A stretch of DNA of 64,000 bases from an uncultured Bacilli bacterium. GTDB lineage: Bacteria; Bacillota_I; Bacilli_A; RF39; UBA660. How positions within the stretch are numbered: position 1 is the stretch's first letter; each line of letters begins with the position of its first letter. The DNA is taken from positions 23,498-87,497 of the forward strand of contig CANQON010000004.1 in NCBI GenBank assembly GCA_947625505.1. Direction: 5' to 3'. The position numbers were made by a program, and so were the translations under genes. This document shows positions 1 through 10,020 of this stretch, piece by piece. The notes beneath the pieces were generated by a model that was given only the letters and a program-made list of their open reading frames with translations, did not search any database and was not told the origin of the DNA.

Positions 1-2
1 TT

Positions 3-539
3 AATTCATCATCGCGTCGTACACGTGAAAAAATAAAAAAAGCTTTTGCGCAATTACTTGAAGAAAATAATAATTTAAATATCACAGTTACAGAATTAGC
101 TAAAAAAGCCGAAATTACAAGAAGTGCCTTTTATACACACTATGATAATATTTATGATGTAGCACGTGATATTCAAGATGAAACATTAGAAGTTTTAAAA
201 GTAAATAATGATATTTTAAAATCATTAGATAATATTGATTCTTATTTTGATAATATCTTTAAATATCTTAAAGATAATGAAGATATATATTCGATGATCT
301 TATCTAGTAATGAACCTATACGTTTTACAACTAACTTAAATAAAATAATATCTAAAAATCTATATGATATCTTAAATCATCATAATATTAAAAATTTAGA
401 ATTAAATATATCTTTATTTATAGATGGATCAATTAATCTTATGATTAAACATTATAAAAAAGAAATAAATTATTCTTTAGATGAAATAAATACTTATATG
501 AAAGAAACATTTAGAATCTTATTTTTAAATAACAAATAA
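3..539 (+). CDS. TetR/AcrR-family transcriptional regulator, 5' end cut by window edge
   Basis: Frame is open from base 3. N-terminal part reads RRTREKIKKAFAQLLEENNNLNITVTELAKKAEITRSAFYTHYDNIYD, a TetR-type HTH. The 294..539 track ORF is only its C-terminal piece. Confidence 0.75.
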   Translation, partial: NSSSRRTREKIKKAFAQLLEENNNLNITVTELAKKAEITRSAFYTHYDNIYDVARDIQDETLEVLKVNNDILKSLDNIDSYFDNIFKYLKDNEDIYSMILSSNEPIRFTTNLNKIISKNLYDILNHHNIKNLELNISLFIDGSINLMIKHYKKEINYSLDEINTYMKETFRILFLNNK

Positions 540-562
540 AAAAGTATCTTAGGATACTTTTT
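540..562. terminator. bidirectional rho-independent terminator between convergent genes
   Basis: Hairpin AAAAGTATC-TTAG-GATACTTTT directly after the TetR stop (537-539), overlapping the stop of the minus-strand gene. Confidence 0.7.
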
Positions 563-1115
563 ACATTTTATGATAACGTATTAAATAATATATATGTCTT
601 ATAACTTTACAAGTTATAGAATATATTAAACTATAAGAATATAAATCATATAATACTTCTTCTCTTGAACTAAAATAATCATGACGAAGAATAACTCTTT
701 GTCGGTAACTTAAGAGTTTTAATATTGTTAAATCATCATAAGTAACTAGTTTATACTTTTTACGCACTTCACTACAATTAAATAATTTACAGGTTAAATT
801 CTTCGTCGTACATCCTTTTGATGATTGATAGTGACATATACGACAACAACCATTACATTTACCATTATCTAGTAATTGTTGTACTAAACACTTATTACCT
901 TTAAAAGAACAAGCATTAGGACAATTTGTTGTATCAATTATTTCACAGGCTTTATCATAGACATAAGTAATTCTCTTATGCCTATTTTTAATATTTAAGC
1001 CTTGAACAATAGGTTTTAATTCTTCATCATCTGTTGTAAAATTAATAAACTTAAAGAAAATACTCTTATATAAAAATGTTTTCTTAAGATCTTTTTTACT
1101 AATCTTAATAAGCAC
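561..1115 (-). CDS. Cys-rich hypothetical protein (possible metal or Fe-S cluster binding)
   Basis: 184-aa ORF with a GTG start abutting the stop of the upstream PepSY gene (TAAGTG). 11 Cys within about 60 residues (CPNAC, CNGCCRIC, CKLFNC). No family recognised with certainty. Confidence 0.5.
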   Translation of the reverse strand: MLIKISKKDLKKTFLYKSIFFKFINFTTDDEELKPIVQGLNIKNRHKRITYVYDKACEIIDTTNCPNACSFKGNKCLVQQLLDNGKCNGCCRICHYQSSKGCTTKNLTCKLFNCSEVRKKYKLVTYDDLTILKLLSYRQRVILRHDYFSSREEVLYDLYSYSLIYSITCKVIRHIYYLIRYHKM

Positions 1116-1532
1116 TTAATCTCTTTCTTTAAAAGATTTTACAATATCTCCTGTTTTAGCATCTACATATACTTCATATTCATAACGATTATATTTAAAA
1201 TCAATATCATAAACATCTTTACCATATTTATAATCTAATTCATTATCTAAATCATAAATATCTTTTTTATCAATTTTTAAACTCTTTAAAGCTTTATCTA
1301 AAGCTTCATCCTTAGTAATAAAATTCTTATTACTTGTATTATCTTCTATAACTTCTTTATCATTATTATCTTCTTTATTATTACTATAACTAGTATTAGG
1401 ACAATTACATACTACATCATCATCATACTTTTCCTCTAAAAAATCATACTTCATATAAAGAACTGTACAAGCAATAAGTAATACAACTATAACACATGAT
1501 AAAGCTATAATAGCAATATTCTTTTTATCCAT
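1116..1532 (-). CDS. PepSY-domain membrane-anchored protein
   Basis: N-terminal TM helix (IAIIALSCVIVVLLIACTVLYM) and C-terminal PepSY-like motif YGKDVYDIDFKYNRYEYEVYVDAKTGDIVKSF. AGGAGG RBS overlaps the bsh stop. Confidence 0.6.
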   Translation of the reverse strand: MDKKNIAIIALSCVIVVLLIACTVLYMKYDFLEEKYDDDVVCNCPNTSYSNNKEDNNDKEVIEDNTSNKNFITKDEALDKALKSLKIDKKDIYDLDNELDYKYGKDVYDIDFKYNRYEYEVYVDAKTGDIVKSFKERD

Positions 1533-1541
1533 AACTACCTC

Positions 1542-2513
1542 CTAATTTTGCATTAATACTTCTGTATCTTTAACTAATTCATAAACAACTAAATCTTGAC
1601 TATCAAGATTTTCTTTATACATATCAACACCTGTAATATGTGTATTATCATAAGTCTTATAATAATAAATACCCTTATCTTGATTACAACAAGAACTGTA
1701 TATTGTTATTTCATATTTATCCCCTAATTTAACACATCCTCTTTGTTGATAAACAGACTCTAAAATATGAAAGAACTGATTAATACTAGATAATTCATCC
1801 TCCTTAGATAAGGAATTCATTTTTGTAAAGGCTGCTTTAACAAATCTTGAAGCACTAGATAAATCACCTGGTAATCCTAAAGCTCCCATACCACGACTAT
1901 AAATATCAAAATTTAATTTAGATGAAAAATTATTTTTAGGTTCTTCAATAGATAAACTCATATAATTATTTAAATTAAACATATGAATATCAAAAGTAGG
2001 ATTATTAGCTAAAACACCTACAGGATTATCATATATTTTTAATCCATCTTTAACACTTTCCACTGTAATAGACTCATTCTTATCAGATATAATCCAATGA
2101 AGTGGTGATGCAGGTAACTCTTCACTATAATTTATATCAGCAATATTAATATGTTTAAGTAATTCTCTTACTTCTTTAATATCACTACACTGTGTTAAAA
2201 CCCAAGGAATAAATTCAAAAGGTGCGACATTATCTTTATCACTTACTTCCTCATGATAATAAGCATTCTTAGGGAAATTAAGTCCTGCCATACCTAATCC
2301 TTTTTCATTAACCGCATCATAGTATAAAGGATAATTATTCATAACATAAGCCATACCGATCATACTATAATGTTTCTTTACCTCTTTACCATTACGAAAA
2401 GTAAATGGATATTCACGTGGTGTAATCGTAACACTCTCATGATAAGAATATTCTAAATCTAGATTTCTACCAAAATAATGATCTTTAGTATTATATGTAA
2501 TAGCTGTACACAT
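1542..2513 (-). CDS. bsh: choloylglycine (bile salt) hydrolase, Ntn-hydrolase family
   Basis: MCTAITY with nucleophile Cys2, plus FGRNLD, GLPGD..SASRFVKAAF and a KGIYYYKTYDN tail. Close by eye to Clostridium/Lactobacillus CBAH/BSH. AGAAGG RBS. Confidence 0.85.
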   Translation of the reverse strand: MCTAITYNTKDHYFGRNLDLEYSYHESVTITPREYPFTFRNGKEVKKHYSMIGMAYVMNNYPLYYDAVNEKGLGMAGLNFPKNAYYHEEVSDKDNVAPFEFIPWVLTQCSDIKEVRELLKHINIADINYSEELPASPLHWIISDKNESITVESVKDGLKIYDNPVGVLANNPTFDIHMFNLNNYMSLSIEEPKNNFSSKLNFDIYSRGMGALGLPGDLSSASRFVKAAFTKMNSLSKEDELSSINQFFHILESVYQQRGCVKLGDKYEITIYSSCCNQDKGIYYYKTYDNTHITGVDMYKENLDSQDLVVYELVKDTEVLMQN

Positions 2514-2548
2514 ATTTAACCTTCTTTCTATTTTTAATTATACTACAT

Positions 2549-2575
2549 AAAAAAGATAAATCATATGATTTATCT
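2549..2575 (-). terminator. rho-independent terminator of the 2574..3200 gene
   Basis: Palindrome AGATAAATCATATGATTTATCT followed on the minus strand by TTTTTT. Overlaps the TAG stop. Confidence 0.65.
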
Positions 2576-3200
2576 AAAACTTAACGAATTTAAAACCTAA
2601 CTTTTTATATACACTAGAAGCACGTGGTGTATGTAATATTCGGGCAAAAATAAGATTATATAATTCATCAAACATAACAATCGCAAACAAAGTAAAAGTT
2701 ATTCCTAAAAAAACTTTTTTATTTAGTTTACGCGCTAAGGCATAGCATAAAGGAACAATTAAATAGATAAGTAACAAACCTGATAAGCCAAAGAAAGTAA
2801 CACTTCTTAAGCAAACAAATCCTCCAATATTACCAAAGTTCCATATTTCTTTATTGTAATCCCAACAACGCCATCCATCAAAGAAAGTATACATAACATA
2901 GCCTGATAAAAATTCTAAAATACCACAGATTAAAAAACTTAGTAAAAAGACTTTTAATGGATTTTTACGATATCTAAAAGTTAAGAAGTAAATACCTAAA
3001 GCTCCATAAGCATAAATATTAATCCAAGGTAAGAAGTTACCTCCACGCCAATAGAATTCTTTCATTCCACCATTAAAGAAATAAAAGATGTATTCATAAA
3101 ACCAACCAAATAAGCCTGCAATAACGACAACTAAACAAATAATGCCTATGTGAGTTAAAAGATCAAAATTAGCTTTTTCATTTAAATACTTCTTATACAT
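2574..3200 (-). CDS. polytopic membrane protein, putative ABC-transporter type IV (CmpB-like) family
   Basis: 208 aa with about 6 TM helices. N-terminal pattern GLFGWFYEYIFYFF..G..WRGGNFLPW is typical of that family as I recall it. Confidence 0.55.
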   Translation of the reverse strand: MYKKYLNEKANFDLLTHIGIICLVVVIAGLFGWFYEYIFYFFNGGMKEFYWRGGNFLPWINIYAYGALGIYFLTFRYRKNPLKVFLLSFLICGILEFLSGYVMYTFFDGWRCWDYNKEIWNFGNIGGFVCLRSVTFFGLSGLLLIYLIVPLCYALARKLNKKVFLGITFTLFAIVMFDELYNLIFARILHTPRASSVYKKLGFKFVKF

Positions 3201-3238
3201 AACTACTCCTCTACTATTACTAGTATATCATAATATCT

Positions 3239-3700
3239 TTATTTTGTAATTAAAGATAGAGTTATGATAACATCTCCATCACCTAATATTTTTATTAATT
3301 CTTCTTTACTTATATCAATATGTCCTAATTTAGTAAATGACCATGTATTTTGATCATAATATAAAGTAATTTGATTACCTTGATATAGTATTAAATCACC
3401 TGGTGTCGTCGTAATTTTTTTATCATTAGTAGGTAAATTAAAACCTATACTTCCTACTTTTTCAAAGTTTCCATAATCATGAGCTTGTATCACAAAATCA
3501 TCTTTTTTTAAATATTCAACTAAAGCTCTAGTTGATGTATTATCTTCTAAATTAACTTTTAATTGATAATTATTAACAGTTAATATGACATCATAGTCCA
3601 TATTTTGTTTCTTTCCTTCCCTTTTTATGGTTAATAAAATTATGGTAATACATATAAAGATTAATATAATTCCAATTATAATTTTTTTCATTATTTTCAA
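3239..3700 (-). CDS. membrane-anchored cyclophilin-like domain protein
   Basis: N-terminal TM anchor. C-terminal region NLEDNTSTRALVEYL...GDLILYQGNQITLYYDQN..SFTKLGHI resembles the cyclophilin-like (Cyclophil_like2) fold family. Confidence 0.5.
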   Translation of the reverse strand: MKIMKKIIIGIILIFICITIILLTIKREGKKQNMDYDVILTVNNYQLKVNLEDNTSTRALVEYLKKDDFVIQAHDYGNFEKVGSIGFNLPTNDKKITTTPGDLILYQGNQITLYYDQNTWSFTKLGHIDISKEELIKILGDGDVIITLSLITK

Positions 3701-3714
3701 AGAAAAAACTAGAA

Positions 3715-4005
3715 TTATCTAGTTTGTTGTTTTTCTTCTTCTGCTTCATAATCAGGAAAACATGATAAAGCAGCTTCTAAACGTTCCTGCCAATCTCTAA
3801 TAGCTTTTTCACGAACATCATAATCTAAACTATTAATACGTCCTGTACCAAATAGTTCAATAGCGTTTTTAGCCATTGTACGCATTTTAGCTAATTTTTC
3901 ATCTTTATCATTACCACATTTAATACCAATAGAATATTCAACATCTAAAGAAGCTTTAGCAATCTTACTTTGTAATAAATAAGCTTTTTCTAATACTGTC
4001 ATCAT
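3715..4005 (-). CDS. hypothetical small acidic protein
   Basis: 96-aa ORF in an intact operon-like context. No family recognised. Confidence 0.45.
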   Translation of the reverse strand: MMTVLEKAYLLQSKIAKASLDVEYSIGIKCGNDKDEKLAKMRTMAKNAIELFGTGRINSLDYDVREKAIRDWQERLEAALSCFPDYEAEEEKQQTR

Positions 4006-4054
4006 TTACCCTCTTTCTATTATCATTATAGCATAAATATCCATTACAAACAAT

Positions 4055-4645
4055 TTATTTTATTTGTTTAGAATATTCTTTTCTTATTAAAGGAGTTAGT
4101 TCTCCTTCTCTTAATATTTGAATACGATTGTCTTTAACTTGAATAATGGTTGATGAGCTTTCTTTAATAATACCTCCATCTTCAATAAAAGATATGTATT
4201 TTAATAAATCAGGATCTATTTTTTCAACACTAGTTATAGTTTCTTGATTAGATATATTAGCGCTTGTTGATATTAAAGGATGCCCTACTCTTTGGATAAT
4301 TTCTAATAAGCCAGAATGATTAGGAATACGTACACCTACTAAAGGACTACCACAAGTTACACTATCATCAACTAATTTATTCTTTTTTAAAAGAATAGTT
4401 AGTTTACCTGGCAAATAACGATTAATTAATTCTTGTTCTAAAGGACTAATATCTTCAATATAAGTATCTAACATATCTTTAGTCATAATAATAAGTAAAG
4501 GCTTATTTTCTCTTTTTTTAGCTATAAATACTTTATCAATAGCTTCTTTATTTAAAGCATCAGCTAAAATACCATATACAGTATCTGTTGGCGTAATAAC
4601 TAAATTGCCTTTTTTAATTTCTTCAACTATCTTATTTATTTGCAT
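4055..4645 (-). CDS. tsaC: L-threonylcarbamoyladenylate synthase (YrdC/TsaC/Sua5 family)
   Basis: N-terminal VITPTDTVYGILADA and KRENKPLLIIM motifs, and ISTSANISN. Length 196 aa fits the short YrdC type. Confidence 0.8.
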   Translation of the reverse strand: MQINKIVEEIKKGNLVITPTDTVYGILADALNKEAIDKVFIAKKRENKPLLIIMTKDMLDTYIEDISPLEQELINRYLPGKLTILLKKNKLVDDSVTCGSPLVGVRIPNHSGLLEIIQRVGHPLISTSANISNQETITSVEKIDPDLLKYISFIEDGGIIKESSSTIIQVKDNRIQILREGELTPLIRKEYSKQIK

Positions 4646-4757
4646 AATATCACTTCACGATATCATTATAGCATACAAAATAAAAAGAAAAAACTTACGA
4701 GAAAAAAATTTTTTTGTTACAATATTATTAGAAATACTTTATTAAGGAGATGGTAAT

Positions 4758-5243
4758 ATGTATCAAATAAATGAATATGTCATGTATAAAAATGATGTAT
4801 GTAAAGTTATTGATATTACGCATAATATCAATAATAAAGATTATTACGTGTTAGTACCTATTAGTGATTTATCCTTAAAAATTAATGTTCCTATTGATAA
4901 ACAATCCAATAATTTAAGAAAAGTATTTACTAAGAAAGAAGCTCAAAAAATTATTAAAGAAATAAAAGATATTGAGCCTGTTACTAATATTAATGATAAG
5001 AATTTAGAAGTGACTTATCAACAATTATTAAATAATAGAAACTATGTTGATTTAATTAAAATTATTAAGACTTCTTATTTGAGAAATGAAGCACGTACTA
5101 CTAAAAAGAAAAAGCCTAGTGAAAAAGATTCTAAATACTTTGAATTAGCTGAAAGATATTTATATAATGAATTAGGTATTGCTTTAAATATGACTTTTGA
5201 TGAAGTAAAAAATAAGATTATTAAAACTATTGAAGGTGATTAA
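4758..5243 (+). CDS. CarD/CdnL-family RNA-polymerase-binding transcription factor
   Basis: N-terminal Tudor-like YQINEYVMYKNDVCKVIDI...YYVLVPI and C-terminal helical part. AAGGAG RBS. Confidence 0.7.
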   Translation: MYQINEYVMYKNDVCKVIDITHNINNKDYYVLVPISDLSLKINVPIDKQSNNLRKVFTKKEAQKIIKEIKDIEPVTNINDKNLEVTYQQLLNNRNYVDLIKIIKTSYLRNEARTTKKKKPSEKDSKYFELAERYLYNELGIALNMTFDEVKNKIIKTIEGD

Positions 5244-5244
5244 A

Positions 5245-5418
5245 ATGCATTTAGCTAGTGAAATAAAAAATATATTAAGTTCTAATAAAATAAGTGATGA
5301 AAATTTAAAAGATTTAACAAGAGATGAATTACGTAATTTAAATCTTACTAATCAACAGATTAATGAAATTATTATTTACTTACAATTAAAAGGTTTAGAT
5401 ATAAAAAAAAGAAAGTGA
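5245..5418 (+). CDS. small hypothetical protein (helix-hairpin-helix-like)
   Basis: ATG at 5245 preceded by an AAGGTGA RBS. The track ORF start at 5230 is a TTG without RBS. 57 aa. Confidence 0.4.
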   Translation: MHLASEIKNILSSNKISDENLKDLTRDELRNLNLTNQQINEIIIYLQLKGLDIKKRK

Positions 5419-5435
5419 AGTTATTTCACTTTTTT
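5412..5435. terminator. bidirectional terminator between the small ORF and trxA
   Basis: AAAGTGAA-GTTAT-TTCACTTT hairpin followed by a T-run. Overlaps both stops. Confidence 0.6.
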
Positions 5436-5743
5436 AAGTTATTAATGATTTCTATTATATCATCCTTTGATTTAAAGCCTACTGATGTTTCTTTTAGTTC
5501 ACCCTTATTAAAGAATAATAAAGTAGGAATAGCCATAATGCCATATTGTTTCGCAATAACATCATTATTATCAACATTAAGTTTATAAAAAATTACATCT
5601 TCTTGTTCATGAGCTAAATCATCTATGATAGGTCCTAATAATTTACAAGGCCCACACCATACAGCATAACAATCAATAATAACAATACCATCAGTATTTA
5701 TTTTTTCATTAAATTCTTGACTATTTATTTCTAATACTTCCAT
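5426..5743 (-). CDS. trxA: thioredoxin
   Basis: WCGPC active site. 105 aa. Confidence 0.9.
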   Translation of the reverse strand: MEVLEINSQEFNEKINTDGIVIIDCYAVWCGPCKLLGPIIDDLAHEQEDVIFYKLNVDNNDVIAKQYGIMAIPTLLFFNKGELKETSVGFKSKDDIIEIINNLKK

Positions 5744-5744
5744 A

Positions 5745-6626
5745 TTAATTCTCCATTTCTTTAATCGCTAAAGTAGCAGCAAGACTTCCATCACTTATAG
5801 CCGTAGTAAGTTGTCTTAAGCTTTTTACTCTTGTATCGCCAACAGCATATATTCCTTTTGTTTTTGTTTCAACATCATTATAAGTTTTAATATAACCATT
5901 ATCATCTAAATCAACAATATTACTAAATATGTCATTATGAGGCTCTTGTCCAATAGCGATAAATAAGCCATCAATAGCTAATACTTCATTATTATTAAGT
6001 GTAATTGATTCTAATTTATTATTTCCATTAAGACTTATAATTGTTTGATTTAAGACTAATTCAATATTTTTTTTACTCTTTACTTCCTCAAGATATTTTC
6101 TGTCTCCTTTAAAGGTCTCACGACGATGAATAAGATATACTTTAGAAGCTAAATTAGATAGATATAGACAATCTTCTAAAGCTGTATTTCCTCCTCCAAC
6201 AACAGCTACTATCTTATCTTTATAAAAATTTCCATCACAGGTAGCACAATAAGATACTCCCTTACCTATTAGTTTTTCTTCTTTAGGAATATTAAGCTTA
6301 CGATTTTTAGAACCTGTCGCAATAATAATAGCTTTAGCTTGATAAGTATTTTTGTTTGTTATAACATGCTTATCTTCTTCTACTTTTAAAACTTTTTCAT
6401 ACTTTATTTCTGCTTTTAAGGATTTTACTTGTTCATATAAGTTAGTAGCGAATTCATATCCTGATATCGATAATATTCCAGGATAATTTTCTATATTAGC
6501 AGCATTAACTATTTGTCCTCCATAAATATTTTCTTCTAATATTAAGACTTTTTTATTAGCTCTTAAAGCATATAAAGCACTAGTAAGTCCAGAAGGCCCT
6601 GCACCTATAATAATTAAATCATACAT
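5745..6626 (-). CDS. trxB: thioredoxin-disulfide reductase
   Basis: GAGPSG FAD motif, CATCDG redox centre, GGGNTA NADPH motif. Confidence 0.9.
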   Translation of the reverse strand: MYDLIIIGAGPSGLTSALYALRANKKVLILEENIYGGQIVNAANIENYPGILSISGYEFATNLYEQVKSLKAEIKYEKVLKVEEDKHVITNKNTYQAKAIIIATGSKNRKLNIPKEEKLIGKGVSYCATCDGNFYKDKIVAVVGGGNTALEDCLYLSNLASKVYLIHRRETFKGDRKYLEEVKSKKNIELVLNQTIISLNGNNKLESITLNNNEVLAIDGLFIAIGQEPHNDIFSNIVDLDDNGYIKTYNDVETKTKGIYAVGDTRVKSLRQLTTAISDGSLAATLAIKEMEN

Positions 6627-6696
6627 ATTATCACCTACTAATTACTATATAGTTTTCCCATTAATTAAATATTTATATCATACATGGTAAACTATT

Positions 6697-6726
6697 AAAA
6701 AACATTTCAAAGATTAACTTTGAAAT
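6697..6726 (-). terminator. rho-independent terminator of dfx
   Basis: ATTTCAAAG-ATTAA-CTTTGAAAT hairpin followed on the minus strand by TTTTTT. Confidence 0.7.
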
Positions 6727-6729
6727 ATT

Positions 6730-7089
6730 TTATTCAACATCTTTTTTCCATAATGAATGCTTATTACAATAAGCATAAAGTGTTGCCCCTTTAACATATT
6801 TAAATTCTGCTTTAGCTTCATCTGATGGTTTTAAATGGACTATACATTCGCTATCATTTGTAGCCATACCAATCCATGCAATATAGTGTTCTTCTTCCAT
6901 AACATGATTAACCGTTACTTCAATCATATCTCCTTTTACTTCATAATTAGGAACATGTTTTTCTATAGCAGCATCAACACTATTAGGTATTAACTCTTGC
7001 ATTGGTTCACCACAACACATGATATCACAACCATGTTCTTCAATAACATTAACTAATGCCATACATTTTTTACATTGTTTTATTATCAT
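6730..7089 (-). CDS. dfx: desulfoferrodoxin / superoxide reductase (class I)
   Basis: CKKC...CCGEPM desulforedoxin-type centre, plus EKHVP, HVMEEEHYIAWI and YCNKHSLW centre II ligands. Start moved to the ATG at 7089, which has a GGAGG RBS. The track N-terminal extension has none. Confidence 0.85.
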   Translation of the reverse strand: MIIKQCKKCMALVNVIEEHGCDIMCCGEPMQELIPNSVDAAIEKHVPNYEVKGDMIEVTVNHVMEEEHYIAWIGMATNDSECIVHLKPSDEAKAEFKYVKGATLYAYCNKHSLWKKDVE

Positions 7090-7167
7090 TATATTACCTC
7101 CATGTTTAATTATAACATATAATATCTTTTTAAAATAGTAAAATATAAAAAGCAACATCAGTTGCTT

Positions 7168-7740
7168 CTATATTTCTTTTAATCTTTTTTCTATTGCTTT
7201 ACTAATTCTTTTAACATCTCTTTTTATAATTATCATATCAATAATATTAATAACAGCATGAATAATAAGCATTATACCTATAAAAACAGTTATAGAAAGT
7301 GATGCTTCAAAAGGATTTAATAGAACAATAATACCAATAATTAAATCAACAATACCACATAATAGTAATAATATCCATGGTGCATCTTCATGTTTTAAAG
7401 CAATAGACATTTTAATAGAATTAATGCTTGATGAAACAATCCATACTCCAATAGCTAAAACTAAAATGGTTGATAATATATTAGGTTTAGCAATAAGAAC
7501 AATACCTAAAACTATAGATAATATTCCTGATAACATACCATCAAATGGAATATAATATTCATTAGCTTTAATATCTAAAACAACTAAAATAATTCCATGT
7601 AAAATAATATATATAGCAGCTACCATTCCAAAAGTTTTAATTGAAATATCTGGATAAATAATCATAATTAAACCAATAATAAAAGCAATAATAGATGATA
7701 AGATAATAGAATTAGTTGTTCTTTTAAATATATCGTTCAT
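7168..7740 (-). CDS. HdeD/DUF308-family membrane protein
   Basis: 190 aa with repeated TM hairpins and the typical ..G...II.P... pattern. Confidence 0.65.
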   Translation of the reverse strand: MNDIFKRTTNSIILSSIIAFIIGLIMIIYPDISIKTFGMVAAIYIILHGIILVVLDIKANEYYIPFDGMLSGILSIVLGIVLIAKPNILSTILVLAIGVWIVSSSINSIKMSIALKHEDAPWILLLLCGIVDLIIGIIVLLNPFEASLSITVFIGIMLIIHAVINIIDMIIIKRDVKRISKAIEKRLKEI

Positions 7741-7785
7741 TTATTTACCTCCTTTTAATTATATTATAACAAATTTTATTTTAAA

Positions 7786-9291
7786 TTAAAATAAAGGAGC
7801 AAATAATCTTAAAATAGCTTGCCATAAAGATTTTAAAAAACCAGCTTTAACATCATTATCATTTAATTTTTGACTATCAGCAAAAGTATCTATAAAATCT
7901 TGGTGAACTTCTTTTATTGCCTCAACATTTTCCATATAAATACCATTTTCAAAATGAAGATATAGACTACGATAATCCATATTAATAGTTCCAACTATAG
8001 CTCTTATATCATCAGCTAAGAAAACTTTTGAATGAATAAAACCTGGCGTATATTTATATATCTTAACGCCACTATCATGTAAAACCTTAAAGAAAGAAGT
8101 TGTTTGTGTATAAACTATTTTTTTATCAGGAATACCAGGTACAATAATTCTTACATCTACCCCTCTTTTAGCTGCTCTACATAAAGCATTAACCATATCT
8201 GTATCAATAATTAAGTAAGGTGTCATTATATATAAATATTTTTTAGCACTATTAATCATATTAATATAAACATCTTCACCAATTAAATCTTTATGAAGAG
8301 GAGCAACTCCATAAGGTATTACATAACCATTATCTTTATTTTTTTCACTAAAATTATATTTATATTTAGTAATATCTTGATCTTCATTAGTATTAGCATT
8401 CCATAATGTTAAAAACATTACCGTAAGATTCCATATCGCATCACCTACTATTTTAATCCCATTATCTTTCCATATACCTAATTTACTATTAACATTAATA
8501 TATTCATCACTTAAATTAACGCCACCAGAAAAAGCTACTTTACCATCTATAATAGTTATTTTACGGTGATCGCGATTATTCATAAATATTCCTCTAAAAG
8601 GACTTAATTTATTAAAAGGGATACACTTAATCCCATACTTAGCTAAATCTTTAGGATAACTTGCTGATAACATCGCAATACTTCCCATATCATCATATAA
8701 AATTCTTACATCTACTCCATCTTTAACTTTTTCTTTTAAAATATCTAATATTCCATTCCACATAACCCCTTCATTAATAATGAAATATTCCATAAAAATA
8801 AAATTTTGGGCTTTTTTTAATTCTTTTAATAATTCAGGATAAAACTTTTCACCAAAATTATAATAAGTAATTTCATTATTAGTACTAACAACATAATCTG
8901 TTCTATTTATTAAATATTTAATATTATCTAATTTCTTCTTATCGATTTCTTCCTTAATCTTTTCATCTTGAACTAAATATTTTTGATAATCTTTTTCATG
9001 CTTAAAAATACTCTTTAATAATTTATTTTTAGAATAATTTCTTCCTAAAGTAATCAATAAAATCGTTCCAAAAATAGGAAAAATTAAAATTAAGATAATC
9101 CAAGGTAAATCATTAGATAATCTAGTACTATCTTTTAAAACACCTAAAACAATTAAAATACTAATAACACTATATGCAATAGTAATTATCCCTAAATATT
9201 TATAAAAGAATAATCTTATCAAAATAGCAAAACCAAATTGTAAAGCTACCCCTAAGATAACAATTAAAGCTCTTTTAATAGCATTCAACAT
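7786..9291 (-). CDS. cls: cardiolipin synthase
   Basis: Two N-terminal TM helices and two PLD HKD motifs (HRKITIIDGKVAFSGGVN and HSKVFLADDIRAIVGTIN). Confidence 0.9.
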   Translation of the reverse strand: MLNAIKRALIVILGVALQFGFAILIRLFFYKYLGIITIAYSVISILIVLGVLKDSTRLSNDLPWIILILIFPIFGTILLITLGRNYSKNKLLKSIFKHEKDYQKYLVQDEKIKEEIDKKKLDNIKYLINRTDYVVSTNNEITYYNFGEKFYPELLKELKKAQNFIFMEYFIINEGVMWNGILDILKEKVKDGVDVRILYDDMGSIAMLSASYPKDLAKYGIKCIPFNKLSPFRGIFMNNRDHRKITIIDGKVAFSGGVNLSDEYINVNSKLGIWKDNGIKIVGDAIWNLTVMFLTLWNANTNEDQDITKYKYNFSEKNKDNGYVIPYGVAPLHKDLIGEDVYINMINSAKKYLYIMTPYLIIDTDMVNALCRAAKRGVDVRIIVPGIPDKKIVYTQTTSFFKVLHDSGVKIYKYTPGFIHSKVFLADDIRAIVGTINMDYRSLYLHFENGIYMENVEAIKEVHQDFIDTFADSQKLNDNDVKAGFLKSLWQAILRLFAPLF

Positions 9292-9323
9292 AATATAACT
9301 CCTCCATCATTCATGTAACACAT

Positions 9324-9941
9324 TTACTTTATTTTATTATCATAAAAAGCGATAATAATTGATCCTAAAGAATTACCTAGAATCATTATTAATAAATAAT
9401 AAAAGACTTTCAAAGAATATACTCCTGCGATAGAAAAGTAAAACATATTCGCTACGCAGTGTTCAAATCCACATAAGATAAAAGCCATAACACCCATAAA
9501 AATAGTCATGTATTTACCAATAACATTCTTTTCTTTTTTATAGTTATTAACAGCTATATACATAATCATGCCACAAAAGATAGCTAAAATAAAAATACTA
9601 AGGATATTATCATTAAGTTTTATATTAACAATATTTTTAGCTGTATCAATGTAATTTTTAAATCTTGTTAAACGCATGATATTACCTACTAGTAATGTAC
9701 CTATAAAGTTACCTAATAAAGATATGAAAAGTTCTTTTAGATAATTTAATTTATTTACTAAAATATAACCTACTTTTCCTGTATATAGATTAAAAGAATA
9801 CATACATACTGTAAGTAAGCCAAAAGAGAAAATAAATGATCCAACTATTTTATTATCAATAGCTAGATAAGCAATTCCTCCTATACTAATTAATATGCCT
9901 GCATAAATACCTTTAATCAAAAAATCTAAATATTTCTTCAT
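9324..9941 (-). CDS. formate/nitrite transporter (FNT, YfdC-like) family protein
   Basis: 6 TM helices and GFEHCVANMF signature. Start chosen at the ATG at 9941, behind a GGTAGGTG RBS. Confidence 0.8.
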   Translation of the reverse strand: MKKYLDFLIKGIYAGILISIGGIAYLAIDNKIVGSFIFSFGLLTVCMYSFNLYTGKVGYILVNKLNYLKELFISLLGNFIGTLLVGNIMRLTRFKNYIDTAKNIVNIKLNDNILSIFILAIFCGMIMYIAVNNYKKEKNVIGKYMTIFMGVMAFILCGFEHCVANMFYFSIAGVYSLKVFYYLLIMILGNSLGSIIIAFYDNKIK

Positions 9942-9987
9942 ACTAACACCTACCATCATAATAATATTATAACATTTTAATAAACAT

Positions 9988-10013
9988 AATTAAAAGGAAG
10001 ATTTTGTCTTCCT
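9988..10013 (-). terminator. rho-independent terminator of the 10021..10512 gene
   Basis: AGGAAGA-TTTTG-TCTTCCT hairpin followed on the minus strand by a TTTTAATT run. Confidence 0.6.
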
Positions 10014-10020
10014 TATTATT

